Positions 10,019-21,934 of a stretch of DNA of 64,000 nucleotides are shown here, one piece after another. Origin of the DNA: an uncultured Actinomycetes bacterium. GTDB taxonomy: Bacteria; Actinomycetota; Acidimicrobiia; IMCC26256; PALSA-610. The notes under the pieces were generated by a model, which ran no database searches, was not told the DNA's origin, and saw only the letters and a program-made list of their open reading frames with translations. Position numbers and translations under genes: made by a program. Within the stretch, counting starts at the first letter, position 1. Each line of letters starts with the position of its first letter. The stretch spans positions 20,624-84,623 of the forward strand of contig CAWEDT010000005.1 in NCBI GenBank assembly GCA_963807945.1, written 5' to 3'.

Positions 10019-11172
10019 GCCGTCCGGGTCGCTCGTCGGTGTGCGTCGTTCAGGCGCGTACCGGTTCGACGCGGTTGCCGGGCAAAGTGCTCCAAGATCT
10101 GTCGGGGCGTCCGCTGCTGCGGTTCATGCTCGACCGGCTCGCCGACCTCCGGGTCGACCAGCTGGTCGTCGCGACCAGCACGCTGGCGCGCGACGACGCG
10201 GTCGCCGAGATCGCGGACGCGGCCGGGCATCCGGTAGTGCGCGGATCGGAAGCCGATGTGCTCGACCGCTTCGTCAAGGCGCTCGACGCGCATCCGGCCG
10301 ATCACGTGATCCGTTTGACCGCCGACTGCCCGCTCGCCGATCCCGCATTGATCGAATCGGTGTTCGCGCGTCACCTCGATCGCGCCGCCGACTACACCTC
10401 CAACGTCTTCCCGCGCACCTTCCCTCGTGGCCTCGACTGCGAAGTGATGACTGCGGCCGCGTTGCGCCTTGCGCACGCGGAAGCAACGGACCCGGCCGAG
10501 CGCGAGCACGTCACGCCGTTCCTCTACCGCCGTCCCGAGCGGTTCGCACTCGCGAACATGCGCAACGATCTTCCGCTGGGGCGCGAGGGTTGGACGGTCG
10601 ACACCGCCGATGATCTCGAGTTCGTGCGCCGGATCGTGGCGCAGATGGGTGACGACGACTTTTCGTGGCGCTCGGCGTGGGCCGCGGTCGGCGCCCGTGT
10701 GCCGTCCGAGCCGGGCGCGGTACAACTCGTGCCGGCCGGTCGCGAGCACAGCGCGTTCTTCCTCGCGTGCCGTAACGATGAAGCGGCGGTGCGGCACAGT
10801 CGCTCGCACCGGCCGATCGGTCGCGCCGAGCACGCACAGTGGTTCTCCAGCGTGATCGACGATCCCGGGGTGCGCATGCGAATCGCGATGCTCTCCGGTG
10901 AACCGGTGGGAACCGTTCGGGTCGAGGTTCGCTCCGGAGTCGGCGAGGTCGGCATCGCGGTCGCGCCCACGTTCCGCGGTCAGGGTCTGGGTACCGCGCT
11001 CCTCGAGGCCCTGCTGGAAGACGTCTCGTCCGACCCCCAGGTGACGACGCTCACCGCGTCGGTGCACACGGGAAACACGCCGTCGATGCGCGCGTTCGCC
11101 CGCGTCGGCTTTCACGACGTCGGGCACGACGGATCGTTCCGGCTGCTCCGGCGTGATGTATGCGTCGCCTAG
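10015..11172 (+). CDS. SpsF/PseF-type cytidylyltransferase fused to a PseH-like GNAT acetyltransferase
   Basis: QARTGSTRLPGKVL, RGSEADVLDRF, RLTADCPL, REHVTP, WTVDTADD, then EHAQWF, RGQGLG, NTPSMRAFARVGF in one continuous frame. Confidence 0.85.
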   Translation: MSRPGRSSVCVVQARTGSTRLPGKVLQDLSGRPLLRFMLDRLADLRVDQLVVATSTLARDDAVAEIADAAGHPVVRGSEADVLDRFVKALDAHPADHVIRLTADCPLADPALIESVFARHLDRAADYTSNVFPRTFPRGLDCEVMTAAALRLAHAEATDPAEREHVTPFLYRRPERFALANMRNDLPLGREGWTVDTADDLEFVRRIVAQMGDDDFSWRSAWAAVGARVPSEPGAVQLVPAGREHSAFFLACRNDEAAVRHSRSHRPIGRAEHAQWFSSVIDDPGVRMRIAMLSGEPVGTVRVEVRSGVGEVGIAVAPTFRGQGLGTALLEALLEDVSSDPQVTTLTASVHTGNTPSMRAFARVGFHDVGHDGSFRLLRRDVCVA

Positions 11173-11181
11173 CGTGACGCG

Positions 11182-12406
11182 ATGCGAGTACTGGTCGTCG
11201 GCGCGGGTGGAGTGGGCAGTGCGATCGCGATCGCGGCCGACGCGTCGGAAGGGCTCGATCACATCGTTGTGACCGATCTCGACGGTGGCCGCGCGACGCG
11301 CGCGATCGCCGGACTCGACGAGACGCGCTTCATGGCGCGGCGCGCTCGACGCCTCGGATCGCGGCGCGATCACCGAACTCGCCCGAGCCGAGCGCATCGA
11401 CATGATCGTCAACGCCTGCGATCCGCGACTCAACCCCGCGATCTTCGCAGCCGCGTTCGACGCCGGTTGCAACTACATCGACATGGCGATGACGTTGTCG
11501 GAGCCGCACCCCGAGCACCCGTACGAGCTGCCCGGGAAGATGCTCGGCGCCGACCAGTTCGCGGCGTCTGACGCGTGGAGTGAACACGGGCTACTTGGCA
11601 TTGGTGGGAATGGGTGTGGAGCCCGGCCTGTCCGACATCTTCGCCAAGTACGCCGCCGATCACCTGTTCGCCAAGATCGACGAGATCGGCGTTCGCGACG
11701 GCGCCGACCTCGTGGTCGAGGGCTACGACTTCGCGCCGACGTTCTCGATCTGGACGACGATCGAGGAGTGCCTCAATCCGCCGCTCGTGTGGGAACGCGA
11801 GCCGGGGATTCTTCACGTTGCCGCCGTTCTCCGAGCCCGAGACGTTCGTGTTCCCCGACGGCATCGGCCCGGTCGAGTGCGTGCACGTGGAGCACGAAGA
11901 GGTGCTGCTCATCCCGCGTTGGGTCGACTGCCGGCGCGTCTCGTTCAAGTACGGCCTGGGCCAGGAGTTCATCGACGTCTTACAGGTCCTCGCGAAGACC
12001 GGGCTCTCGTCGACCAGGCCGGTGCGCGTGCGCGGAGTAGAGATCGCACCTCGCGATGTGGTCGCCGCGGTGCTGCCCGACCCGTCGACGCTCGGCGATC
12101 GGATGCGCGGCCGCACGTGCGCGGGCACATGGGTCACCGGCACCGGCGTAAATGGTGAGCCGCGCGAGGTCTACCTGTACCACCTGTCCGACAACGCCGA
12201 GACGATGGCCCGCCATCGCTCGCAGGCCGTCGTGTGGCAGACGGCGATCAACCCGGTGATCGCCCTCGAATTGCTCGGCCGCGGGAACGTGGGCGGGATC
12301 CGGGGTGCTGGGCCCCGAGGCCTTCGACCCCGTGCCCTTCCTCGACCGGCTCGCGGCCCGGGGCGAGCACTGGCACATCGACGAACGGGTTCCCTCGGCG
12401 TCTTGA
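11182..12406 (+). CDS. Saccharopine dehydrogenase / carboxynorspermidine dehydrogenase-like oxidoreductase (multiple frameshifts)
   Basis: VVGAGGVG Rossmann motif, NACDPRLN, GMGVEPGLSD, FSIWTTIEECLNP, VEHEEV, AVVWQTA across four frames. Confidence 0.8.
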
Positions 12407-12429
12407 TTCCCTTGGGCTGAAGCGGGTCC

Positions 12430-12456
12430 TGGAACGAGCGCCGGAAATGCCGATAA
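12430..12456 (+). promoter_or_regulatory. Sigma-28-type promoter with perfect -10 GCCGATAA, 7 nt before the ATG (possible leaderless mRNA)
   Basis: GCCGATAA at 12449-12456, ATG at 12464, no SD between them; -35 is weak (TGGA, N15). Confidence 0.6.
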
Positions 12457-12463
12457 AGACGGC

Positions 12464-13702
12464 ATGACTGCGCTTGAAACCCAAAGCGGAGGAGTCGCGA
12501 CGAGTGACGGCGGCGCCAGCCGCCCGCTCCGGGGCGAATCCGACCATGCAATCGTGTACTGCCGGCGGTGCCTGATCCCGGAGACCAAGCCCGACATCTT
12601 CTTCGACGACGAAGGCGTGTGCAGCGCGTGCCGTCACTACGAAGGCCGGGGCGAGGTTGATTGGGACGCGCGCCGCGCCGAGCTCGACGTCGTGCTCGAG
12701 CGTTACCGCTCGAAGAGTGGAACCGAATACGACTGCATCATCGGCGTGAGTGGCGGCAAGGACTCGACCACGCAGGTCATCCGCATGCTCGAGCTCGGGA
12801 TGAACCCGTTGTGCGTGACCGCGACGACCGACGAGCTGTCCGACATCGGCCGGCGCAACATCGAGAACCTGAAGGGTCTCGGCGTCGACTTCATCGAGTA
12901 CACGACGAACCAGAACGTGCGGCGCCGCATCAACAAGCTCGCGCTGTGCCAGGTCGGCGACATCTCGTGGCCCGAGCACGTGACCATCTTCACGCTGCCG
13001 GTGCGGCTCGCGGTGCAGATGGGCATCAAGCTCATCGTGTGGGGTGAGAACCCGCAGAACGAGTACGGCGGTCCGGCCGCGGCTGCGACCGGTAACACGT
13101 TGACCCGTCGTTGGCTGGAAGAGTTCGGTGGCCTGCTCGGCCTCCGCGTGAGCGACCTCGTCGGTCAGGCCGGCGTCGAGAACCGTCACCTCGTGCCCTA
13201 CACGTATCCCTCCGACGAAGACCTCGCAGCGCGTCGGCGTGACCGGCATTTTTCTCGGCTACTACATGCCGTGGGACGGATTGCAGAACGCGATCTTCGC
13301 CCAGTCGTACGGGTTCGAGACCTGGCCGGGAACCATCGAGGGTTCGCTCTGCAACTACGAGAACCTCGACAACCATCAGACTGGCATTCACGACTATTTC
13401 AAGTTCATCAAGTACGCGTTCGGGCGGCGACCGACATCGCTTCGATGCATGTTCGTCGAGGGCGCCTGCAGCGCGCCGACGCGCTCGAGCTGGTGAAGCG
13501 GCACGACGGCGCGTTCCCGTGGACCTATCTCGGCAAGCCGATCGAAGAAGTGCTCGCGAACATCGACATGTCGTTCGACGAGTTCATCGCGGTGTGCGAC
13601 CGGTTCACCAACAAGCGCCTGTTCGAGACCGACCACCGGGGTGAGCTCGTGCGCGACGATCGCATGGAGCTGACCAAGATCAACTACGACAACGTGACCT
13701 GA
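12464..13702 (+). CDS. N-acetyl sugar amidotransferase (WbuX/PseA family; compensating frameshifts ~13230-13430)
   Basis: CRRC..FDDEGVCSAC, YDCIIGVSGGKDS PP-loop, WGENPQNEYGG, IHDYFKFIKY. Confidence 0.88.
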   Translation: MTALETQSGGVATSDGGASRPLRGESDHAIVYCRRCLIPETKPDIFFDDEGVCSACRHYEGRGEVDWDARRAELDVVLERYRSKSGTEYDCIIGVSGGKDSTTQVIRMLELGMNPLCVTATTDELSDIGRRNIENLKGLGVDFIEYTTNQNVRRRINKLALCQVGDISWPEHVTIFTLPVRLAVQMGIKLIVWGENPQNEYGGPAAAATGNTLTRRWLEEFGGLLGLRVSDLVGQAGVENRHLVPYTYPSDEDLAARRRDRHFSRLLHAVGRIAERDLRPVVRVRDLAGNHRGFALQLREPRQPSDWHSRLFQVHQVRVRAATDIASMHVRRGRLQRADALELVKRHDGAFPWTYLGKPIEEVLANIDMSFDEFIAVCDRFTNKRLFETDHRGELVRDDRMELTKINYDNVT

Positions 13703-13717
13703 CTCGCCGAGCCTGAT

Positions 13718-14336
13718 GTGAGCCGACCGCAGCGAGTCGCCATCGTCGACTACGGGATGTGCAATCTCGACTCGGTGAAGCGCGCGTTCGAAGAGGTCGG
13801 CGCCCGGCCCTACGTGACCGACGATCCCGCCGATCTCGACGCCGCCGACCGCATCGTGTTGCCCGGTGTCGGCGCGTTCCCGGATGCGATGAGCCAACCT
13901 GCGGGCGCGCGGACTCGACGAGGCGCTGGCCAAGCAGGTGATGCACGAGCGCGCGCCGTTCCTCGGCGTGTGTCTTGGTATGCAGCTGATGGCGGCGACG
14001 GCGAAGAGGTGGAGCAAACCCAGGGGCTCGGTTCGGTCGACGCGAGCGTGGTGCGCTTCGTGGCGACCGCCGCCGACCGCGCGGATTCCGCACGTCGGCT
14101 GGAACGAGGTCACGCCGGTCGGCGATTCGCCGTTGTTCGCGGGCATCCCCGTGGGCGCCGATTTCTACTTCGTGCATTCCTTCCACGTCGCGTGTACTGA
14201 ACCCGCCGACGTGCTCGCGACCACGCCGTATTGCGGCGGGTTCACGTCTGCCGTGCAGCGCGGCGACGGTACGGCGTGCAGTTCCATCCCGAGAAGAGTC
14301 AGCAGTGGGGCTTGCGCCTGCTGGCCAACTTCCTGA
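13718..14336 (+). CDS. HisH-like glutamine amidotransferase subunit (WbuY-like; frameshifted)
   Basis: IVDYGMCNL, LPGVGAF, LGVCLGMQL, PHVGWN, FYFVHSF, QFHPEKS. Confidence 0.85.
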
Positions 14337-14355
14337 CGGTACGACGCGTGACGAG

Positions 14356-15104
14356 ATGCTGAAGATCCGCGTGATCCCCACGCTTTTGCACAAGGGCTTC
14401 GGTCTGGTGAAGGGCGTTCGCTTCGATTCGCTGGCGCGCGGTCGGCAGCCCCATGCAGGCGGTGAAGGTCTACAACCTGCGCGACGTCGACGAACTCGTG
14501 TTCCTCGACGTGCGCGCGACGCCGGAGGGCCGCGGCCCCGATCTCGAGCTCATCGACGAGCTCGCCGACGAGTGCTTCATGCCGCTCACGGTCGGCGGCG
14601 GCATCCGCAGCGTCGACGATGTCGCGCGCGCTGCTCGCGGTCGGCGCCGACAAGGTGGTCATCGGAACCGCCGCGCTCGCTCGGCCGGAGATCGTCCGCG
14701 AGGCCGCCGACCGGTTCGGTTCGCAGTGCGTCGTCGTCTCCATCGACGTCCGTGACGGTGCGGTGTCTGCACGCAGTCGGGAACGGTCGCGACCGGCCGG
14801 GATCCGGTCGAGGTCGCGCGTGACGTCGAAGCGCTCGGCGCGGGAGAGATCCTGCTGCCAGTCGATCGAGCGAAGACGGCGTGATGAAGGGCTATGACGT
14901 AGGACCGTTGCGCGAGGTGAGCGCGGCGGTCTCGATCCCCGTGATCGCATCGGGCGGCGCCGGCACCTTCGACCACATGGCGGCCGTGCTCGGTGCCGGC
15001 GGCGCGTCGCGGTCGCGGCGGCCAGCATGTTCCACTTCACCGAGCAGACCCCGATGGAAGCCAAGCAGTATCTACACGAACAAGGGTTTCCGGTTCACGT
15101 GTGA
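14356..15104 (+). CDS. HisF-like cyclase subunit (WbuZ/AglZ-like acetamidino modification; frameshifted)
   Basis: [63 protein letters not shown]. Confidence 0.85.
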
Positions 15105-15559
15105 CCTCAGGGCCCGTTCGGCTGGTTGTCGCAGAGGTCCGAACCTGACAGCTGACTGTCCGGGAAGAGAAACGCACGATCGCCGGTAGGTGACGAATGA
15201 CGTGCAGGTCGGCGTCGATCGCGATGTCCGTCACTACCGGCATGACCACGCCATTCGGGCACGTCGTTGTCGGAGTTGATTGCTCCGGGCGGCGGCAACC
15301 GGCTGTAGCTGCAGATCGCGAGGAGCTCCGTCGCATCGATGGTTGCGAGCGCGCGGGGGATCGGCTCGTCCACACGGCGGAACGCCACGCGCAACGTGGC
15401 CGCGTCGATCACGCTGCCGACTCGAGAAGGAGATGCCGATCACCAACTGCAGGCAACCGCGCGGTCACAGCCGCGCCGTGATCCCGTCCTCGCCGCCGGT
15501 GGTCGACGTCGGGCATGTCCACGCGGTGCACGGAGGCCGGCTCGGTTTGGCGATGGCGG

Positions 15560-16046
15560 CCGCGGTCTCGACGGCTTGCGTCATCGTCCAGTTCTGATGA
15601 CTCGAGATCTCGGAAGAGGGAGCCCGTAATGCCGGGATTGATCCTGGGTTCCGTCACGACGTGGTTGTCGATCAGAATCGCGATTGTCTCGGTTCACCAG
15701 AGGCGTGCATCTCGTCGAGGAATCGACGAGCACGGTCGGGGCGACTTCCATCGTGATCACCCACTCGTCGGTGACGTCGTTATACATCGCGTCCACGGTC
15801 GCGATGTCGGCCTGCGTGATGAACGCGGGGCCGACTCTGTAGCAACTGCCCGCTATTTCGCCCGGTTCGGTCCCGGCCGGACACGAGCCCTTCTGCACGA
15901 CGGTCGCGAGGAGCGGTCGCAGCGAGAGTGTTTTCGTCGCGTGGAACGTTGTGGTCGGTGTCGGAGCGGAGGTGTGGCTTCCGCTGCACAGCGACCGCCG
16001 CGACCGCGATGCACAGGCTCCCCACGAGCCGCCGTCCGAATGTCAC
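15560..16046 (-). CDS. Putative exported protein with a SecDF P1-head-like domain (frameshifted; 3' end uncertain)
   Basis: Signal-like MTFGRRLVGSLCIAVAAV; fragments GSCYRVGPAFITQADIATV..WVITME and IAILIDNHVVTEPRINPGITG resemble the SecD head subdomain. Confidence 0.4.
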
Positions 16047-17283
16047 TCACGGAGTATTGCGCCTGGGCGAGGGCCGTCCCACTCGACAAGCTTTTCGAGA
16101 CCGACTCGAAGCTTTGCTCGCCGCTCATTGGGCGGGCGGCAGCAGATCAGCGACGATGGCATCGGCTCGTACCAGAACCGCGGCGTATTCGAGCCACTCG
16201 TCGGCCACGGGGTCTCGTGCGTTTCTCGTGTCGGCGTCGGCCGCTCGACCGCGAGGCGAGCTCGGCACGTCGCACCTTCGGTTGGTCTCGTCCCGTCGGA
16301 AGTACACGTTCTGGAGCGCGGCGCGTAACGTGTCGTCGTCCGCGGGGCGTCGAGCTCGTGGCCGAGGGCCCGGACCACGTCGGACAACGCGGCAAGGAGC
16401 GCGCCGAGCTCGGCGCCGGCGGATGCGAACCGGGAGTTCCGCGCCACAGCCGGGTAGAGATCCACGCGCAATCTCCGAGACGCTGACGCTGATCCGCTCC
16501 AGCCGCGGGCGCGGTGTCCTCGTACCGGCTGAGATCACCGAGGATGGCGGCGATCACGATAGTTCCGCGCGCGGCGCTACGGCCCGATCCGATGGCGTCG
16601 ACGGCACGGCACGCGAAACGTGTGAGCGCCCGTTGCGCTCGGTCCTCCCATGAGCTGGTCGCTTCCTCAGGCCACGGTTGTTGCAGTCCTGCTCCCATCG
16701 CACCGAGGCATCCCGTGACCTCGGCGGCGAGGCGTGTGACCGCGTCGTGTGCGTCCCGCAGACGCGATGCGGGAAATGCGAGCGAGACGGCGCCGCCGGT
16801 GACCGCCCCGATGATCGTGTCGACGGCGCGGCCGACGCCGTAGCTCCGCTTCCCGAACGACGCCACCGCGAGCACGAGGAGGACGGTGATCGGCAGCTGG
16901 TTCGCGGCGCCGCCCGAGAACCGCAGCACGAGCACGCTGAGCGCAAGCGAGACGGTAACGAGCAACACGACCGTCACACCGTTCAGCGGGAGCTCCTGAC
17001 CGACGACCAGCGCGACGATCACGCCTATCACGACCGCCACGATGCGCTGAACCGCCGTTCGTAGTGACGTCCATGCCGTTGCCTGCACGGTGACGATCGC
17101 CGTCGCCGGTGCCAGGAGCGGGTTGGGCACACTCGTGACCATCAGCGCGAGCGAGTACGAGATTCCGGCGGCCAGGCCGGCTCTCAACACGAACCCGATC
17201 TCGGCAACTGTGGGCGGTGTCCATCTGACAGTCCGGCGCGCACTCCACCAAGCTCGTTGGAGCGCGTTCACGGGTTGCGACAC
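16043..17283 (-). CDS. FUSC / aromatic acid exporter family membrane protein (frameshifted)
   Basis: NPLLAPATAIVTVQAT..SLRTAVQRIVAVVIGV, RAVDTIIG; several TM helices. Confidence 0.75.
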
Positions 17284-17357
17284 ATCAAGACGGTAGATCT
17301 CGGGCGGCCGGCCGCGGAGAACTCTCACGCCGAACCGCACGCGTCCGCGAAGGGCGT

Positions 17358-18680
17358 CTATGCCTCCGCGGTGAAGACTCGCCATTCGTCGGGCACACCC
17401 TTGACCGCGTGCGTGCCGCGGTCCGTGAACATGATGTCCGATCCGGCGACGAGGTCTTTGACGGTCGACGAGGCGAGCACTTCGCCGGGTCGGGCGAGCG
17501 CTTGGATCCGTTGTGCAATGTGGACGGCGATGCCGCCGATGTCGTCGCCACGCCGTTCGACCTCGCCGGCATGCAGTCCGATCCGGACACGGATACTGAG
17601 CCCTTCGAGCGCGTCGCGCACCGCACCTGCGCACCGTACGGCGCGGCCGGGCCCATCGAACGTGGCGACGAACGCGTCGCCCATCGTGTTGATCTCGCGA
17701 CCACGGAACCGTTCGATCTCGCGGCGCACGACCGTATCGTGACTGTCGAGGAGCTCTTGCCAGCGCCGATCGCCCTGCTGTGCGAGTTGTTCGGTGGAGC
17801 CGACCACGTCGGTGAACATCACCGTCGCGAGCACCCGGTTGTCGTCACGGACTGCGACGCCCCCGGTCACGAACCCCTCGATCGAGTCGAGCATCAGCTT
17901 CGTGTCTCCCACGAAGAACAAGAAATCGTCCCCGGTCAACTCGACGCGCTTCGATCCGCGACGTGATCGGCGACATACCGGGCCTGCGCGGCGCGAGGGC
18001 CGGTGCCGGCGCGATAGACCACCAGCGTCGGGACCCGAATCGCACCCAACACGTCACGTACATCCGCGTCATAGATGTTCCGTAGCCGCCAGGCCACGTC
18101 GACCGGCTTCAGACTCAAGCGCTCGGCGCGCGCCGCCCAACGAGCGAAGCGAACGTCGTCGCGCATGCTGGGCGCCAAGCGCTGCAGACCCCATCCCGTG
18201 GCCCACCGCTCGCGAAAGCGACAAGACCTCGTCGACGAAATCATCGGGGAAGCCCTCGGGATAGTCATCCGCTCGAGAAAGCCGGGCATAGGGATTCACG
18301 AGCACGAGCGCTTTGGTTCGCTCCGGATGTGTCGCCGCGAACAACAACGCCGCCGGTCCGTACGGCCCAAGGACCACGACCTTCTCGCAGCCGAGCTCGT
18401 CGAGCACCGCGACCATGTCGTCGACTATCGACTCGACGAGTCGACCTTCGGCCTCGTCGATCGGATCCGACGCCCCCGTTCCCCGAGCGTCGAACCACAC
18501 GTGGCAGCTGAACGACGACAACCCATCGAGAAACCGCACCAACGCCGGCTCATCCCACATGAGGTCGATCGGGAACATGCTCGGCCTGACGACGAGCACA
18601 TCGACCGGACCCGACCCGACCACCTGGTAGGCAATCCAGCCGGTATCGGACTTCACATACCGGGTCTCGACCTCGTCCAC
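17358..18680 (-). CDS. Alpha/beta-hydrolase plus class III adenylate cyclase (LipJ/Rv1900c-like; frameshifted)
   Basis: IAYQVVGSGP, FDARGTGASD, DVRDVL..IRVPTLV, FTDVVGST, NTMGDAF, RIGLHAGEVE, GIAVHIAQRI, KGVPDEW. Confidence 0.85.
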
Positions 18681-18738
18681 GGACGCAGTCTCGCACCCCA
18701 ACCGAACACCGACCGAGAGCGCGAAGGCAATGGGGCGT

Positions 18739-19237
18739 TCAGGCGCTTGCGTTCAAAACGTATTTGTTGGTACTACGCGTCCGGGCTCGGACGTCGAGAT
18801 CGGTGAGGGTCAGATTTGCTCGGGTGCCGTCCGGGTAGGTCTTCGCCCACGCTTCCGGATAGCCGAGGACGTTCTTGTTGCCCGTCGCGACCCATCCGAA
18901 ATCGGTAGCTCGGTCGGCGTAGTAGGCAAACACTGAACCTGGTGGCTGATTGCTCGTGAACTGCAGCGTGGCGGCGGGACCGTGCCACCCGCCGCCGTCG
19001 AGACCTGGTTTGCGGTAACGCGCCGGCGTGCGAACGACGGGACCGCTCGCGTCCGCGTCGTCGGGTACCCGCCGAAAGACTTGATCACTTCCGATGTCGT
19101 CCAACCGCCGGTTCCCGGGGTCACCTCCGGGCGGAACGTTGTGGTTACCGCACGCGGCCGTGAGCACGATCGGCCGCGACCGCGAAGATGGCTCGCCGCG
19201 AGATCGTTACCCGTTGGTCGTCGCCGCACGACTTCAT
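18739..19237 (-). CDS. Hypothetical lipoprotein (frameshift in the signal peptide)
   Basis: LTAAC lipobox; the upstream ISRRAIFAVAA hydrophobic stretch is in a neighbouring frame. Confidence 0.5.
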
Positions 19238-19479
19238 TTCGCCTACCCATCGCCGGCAACGCGGCGGACCGACGTTCGGCTGAGTCGTTGGTGGTGTTGG
19301 CACTACGTACACGCGCAGGATGGCGCCCTTGGCTTCGTGTTGTGACCGGAGTCCAATTGTCGTCTGGCTTGTGAATCGCCTGTTCCTTGGCTGAATGACC
19401 CGACGTCCGGGTCGCTCGTCCAGTTGACAGAATCCGTTTCGGTTCCGGTGGTTCGGATCGGCGCGGGGAGAGGGGTGGT

Positions 19480-21902
19480 GTGCGGGCGATTGCGTTTGTA
19501 GCCGTGAGCGAGTTGCGGCGTCGGTGGCTCGGGACTGTTGCCGCCGCGCTTCTCGTCGGGCTTGTCGGTGCTCTCGTGTTGGCGACGGTGGCGGGCGCCC
19601 GTCGGAGTGACTCGGCGCTGCGGCGGTTCAATAGCTATAGCCGGTCGGCCGATGTCGAGCTCACGCTCGCGCCACCGAGCACCCGGCAGATGGCTGCCTT
19701 CGCGCGCACACCGGGTATCGCCGCGATCGCGGTCCTTCGAACCTATGCGGTGCAACCGACGAACATTTCGGTACAGAACGTCGCGATTGGCGCCGCGTTG
19801 AACGGGACGATGAACAACGCAGTTGATCGCCCCGTTTGATATCTGGGCGCCTCGAGAATCCCGCAGTTGCAGACCAGATCGACATCGACGAGTCGCTGGC
19901 GCATCTTGCGCATCTTCGCGTGAATGACACGCTCGGCCTCGCGTCGTGGACGCCGTCCCAGATTCCGCGCATCTTCGCGACCGGAAAGTTCGTCCAACCG
20001 GCGGGTCCGCACATCCGTCTGCGGATTATCGGGATCGTGCGACGTCCACTCGATCTTGGCGAACGGGGCGGGCAGGGTGGTGTCCTTGCACTTCCTCCGG
20101 CCTTCAACGCCGAGTACGGCAACAAGATCGGCACGTTCGGTGGTCTCGCCCTGCGCATACGGACGGTCACGCCGGCTGACGTCCGGACCGTGACTGCGAG
20201 CGCGCGCAGCACATCTTTGCGCGGGTACCGAACTTTCAGATCCAGAGCCTGAATATCGACAACACGGGCGCGGGCGACGCGATCCACGTCCTCGCGATTG
20301 CCTTGTTCATCTTCGCGGCCGTGACCGCGATCGCCGGTATCGGCGCGATCGCGATCGTGCTCGACCGGGAACTTTCATCCTCCCAGCCGGAACAACCGGT
20401 CCTGCTCGCGTTGGGGTTGTCGAGACGTCAACGGTTGGCGATCAGCAGCACCCGCGTGTTCGTCGCCGCACTGGCCGGCGCGCTGATGGCTGTGGCCGCG
20501 GCGGTTGCGCTGTCACCGTTGTATCCGTTTGGTGTCGCACGCCGCGCCGATCCGGATCCAGGATTGCACGCAGATTGGGTCACGCTCGGCCTCGGCCTCA
20601 TCGGCATCCTCGTGACGGTCACCGCGATAGGCGCAGTAGCGGCGGTAGCCGCGACGCGCTCGGTCTCGCAACGCCCGCGGCTCGAACCGATCGACAACTG
20701 CGGCACGCGCGCTCGAATTGACTCGCACCGCCGGCCTGCCCGTGAGCACAAATGCCGGACTGCACATGGCGCTCGACAACGGGGGAGGAGACCGGTCAGT
20801 GCCGGTGCGCTCGGCGTTCTTCGCCACCACGTTCTCAGCCGCGGGATTGACCACACTGCTCGTCTTCTCGGCCGGCGTTACTCACCTTGCCGCCACCCCC
20901 GGTATGTACGGCTCACGATTCGACTTCAAGGTCGAAACGACCCAAGACACCGCATGTAATGGGCGCGACCGAGGCGTCGGTTCCGAACCCGGCGTCGCGA
21001 CGCTGGCCGCACTCTGCTACGCCAACGTCGAGCTCGGCGGCCGCGCCGGCGTCGGCTTCGGCGACCTCCCAATACGCGGAACCGTCGGCCCGGAGGTCGT
21101 CCGCGGCCATGCTCCCGGCACCGAACGCGAAGCCGCGCTGGGAGCAGCGACACTCGCCGCGCTCCACAAACACGTCGGCGACACGATCACCGCCCAAGGA
21201 CCGGGCGGACGCGCAACCTTCCGCATCGTCGGTGTCGTCGAATTCCCCCAGCTCGGAGATCCACAACCCGTGGCCGACGGTGCGTGGTTCACCCAGCCCG
21301 GCTTCAACACCTTGCTCGGCCCGCAAGGAAGCCCATCGAGCCAGAACTTCACCCGCTACCTCGTCGGGACCTTCCGACCCGGCACGAATCGAACTGCCGT
21401 CGACGCCCGTATCCAGAAGCTCCTGTTCGATCCCGCAGCACCACAAGCGACCCCCGCAACCGGACCGAACGAACCCGTCGAGATCACGCGACTCCGCCAA
21501 ACCGACTGGTTCCCCGCCGCGCTGGCAGCGCTGCTCGCATTCCTCGCGCTCGCCGCCATCAGCCACACCCTGATCAACGGAACCCGCCGACGACGCCGAG
21601 AGCTCGCGATCCTCAAAGCGCTCGGTTTCAAACAACGACAAGTCCGCGGGGCCGTCGCATCCCAAGCGACCACCCTCGCCATCGGTGGCCTCCTGCTGGG
21701 AGTCCCTCTCGGGCTTGTCGCCGGCACGACGATCTGGCGATCCGTCGCCAACAGCATCGGGGTCGTCAACTCCCCACAAGTCCCGGTATCACTGCTGCTC
21801 GCACTCATCGCGTCCGCACTCATCGCGGTCAACGCCGTCGCATACCTACCCGCGCGCCGTGCGTCTCGCCTGCAACCAACACGGGCACTCCGAGCCGAAT
21901 AG
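19480..21902 (+). CDS. FtsX/MacB-like ABC transporter permease with two permease domains (frameshifted)
   Basis: ELRRRW..LVGLVGALVLATVAGARRS, LLALGLSRRQ, RRRRELAILKALGF..QV, PARRASRLQPTRALRAE. Confidence 0.82.
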
Positions 21903-21934
21903 CACCCATCATCCGAGGCCCGATTGTCGGCAGG

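Noticed and set aside
13718-15104. Housekeeping hisH/hisF of histidine biosynthesis
   Set aside because: They follow an N-acetyl sugar amidotransferase with no other his genes nearby, which matches the WbuY/WbuZ-type paralogues.
15105-15560. Possible small gene between the HisF-like and SecDF-like genes
   Set aside because: No coherent ORF or motif could be supported.
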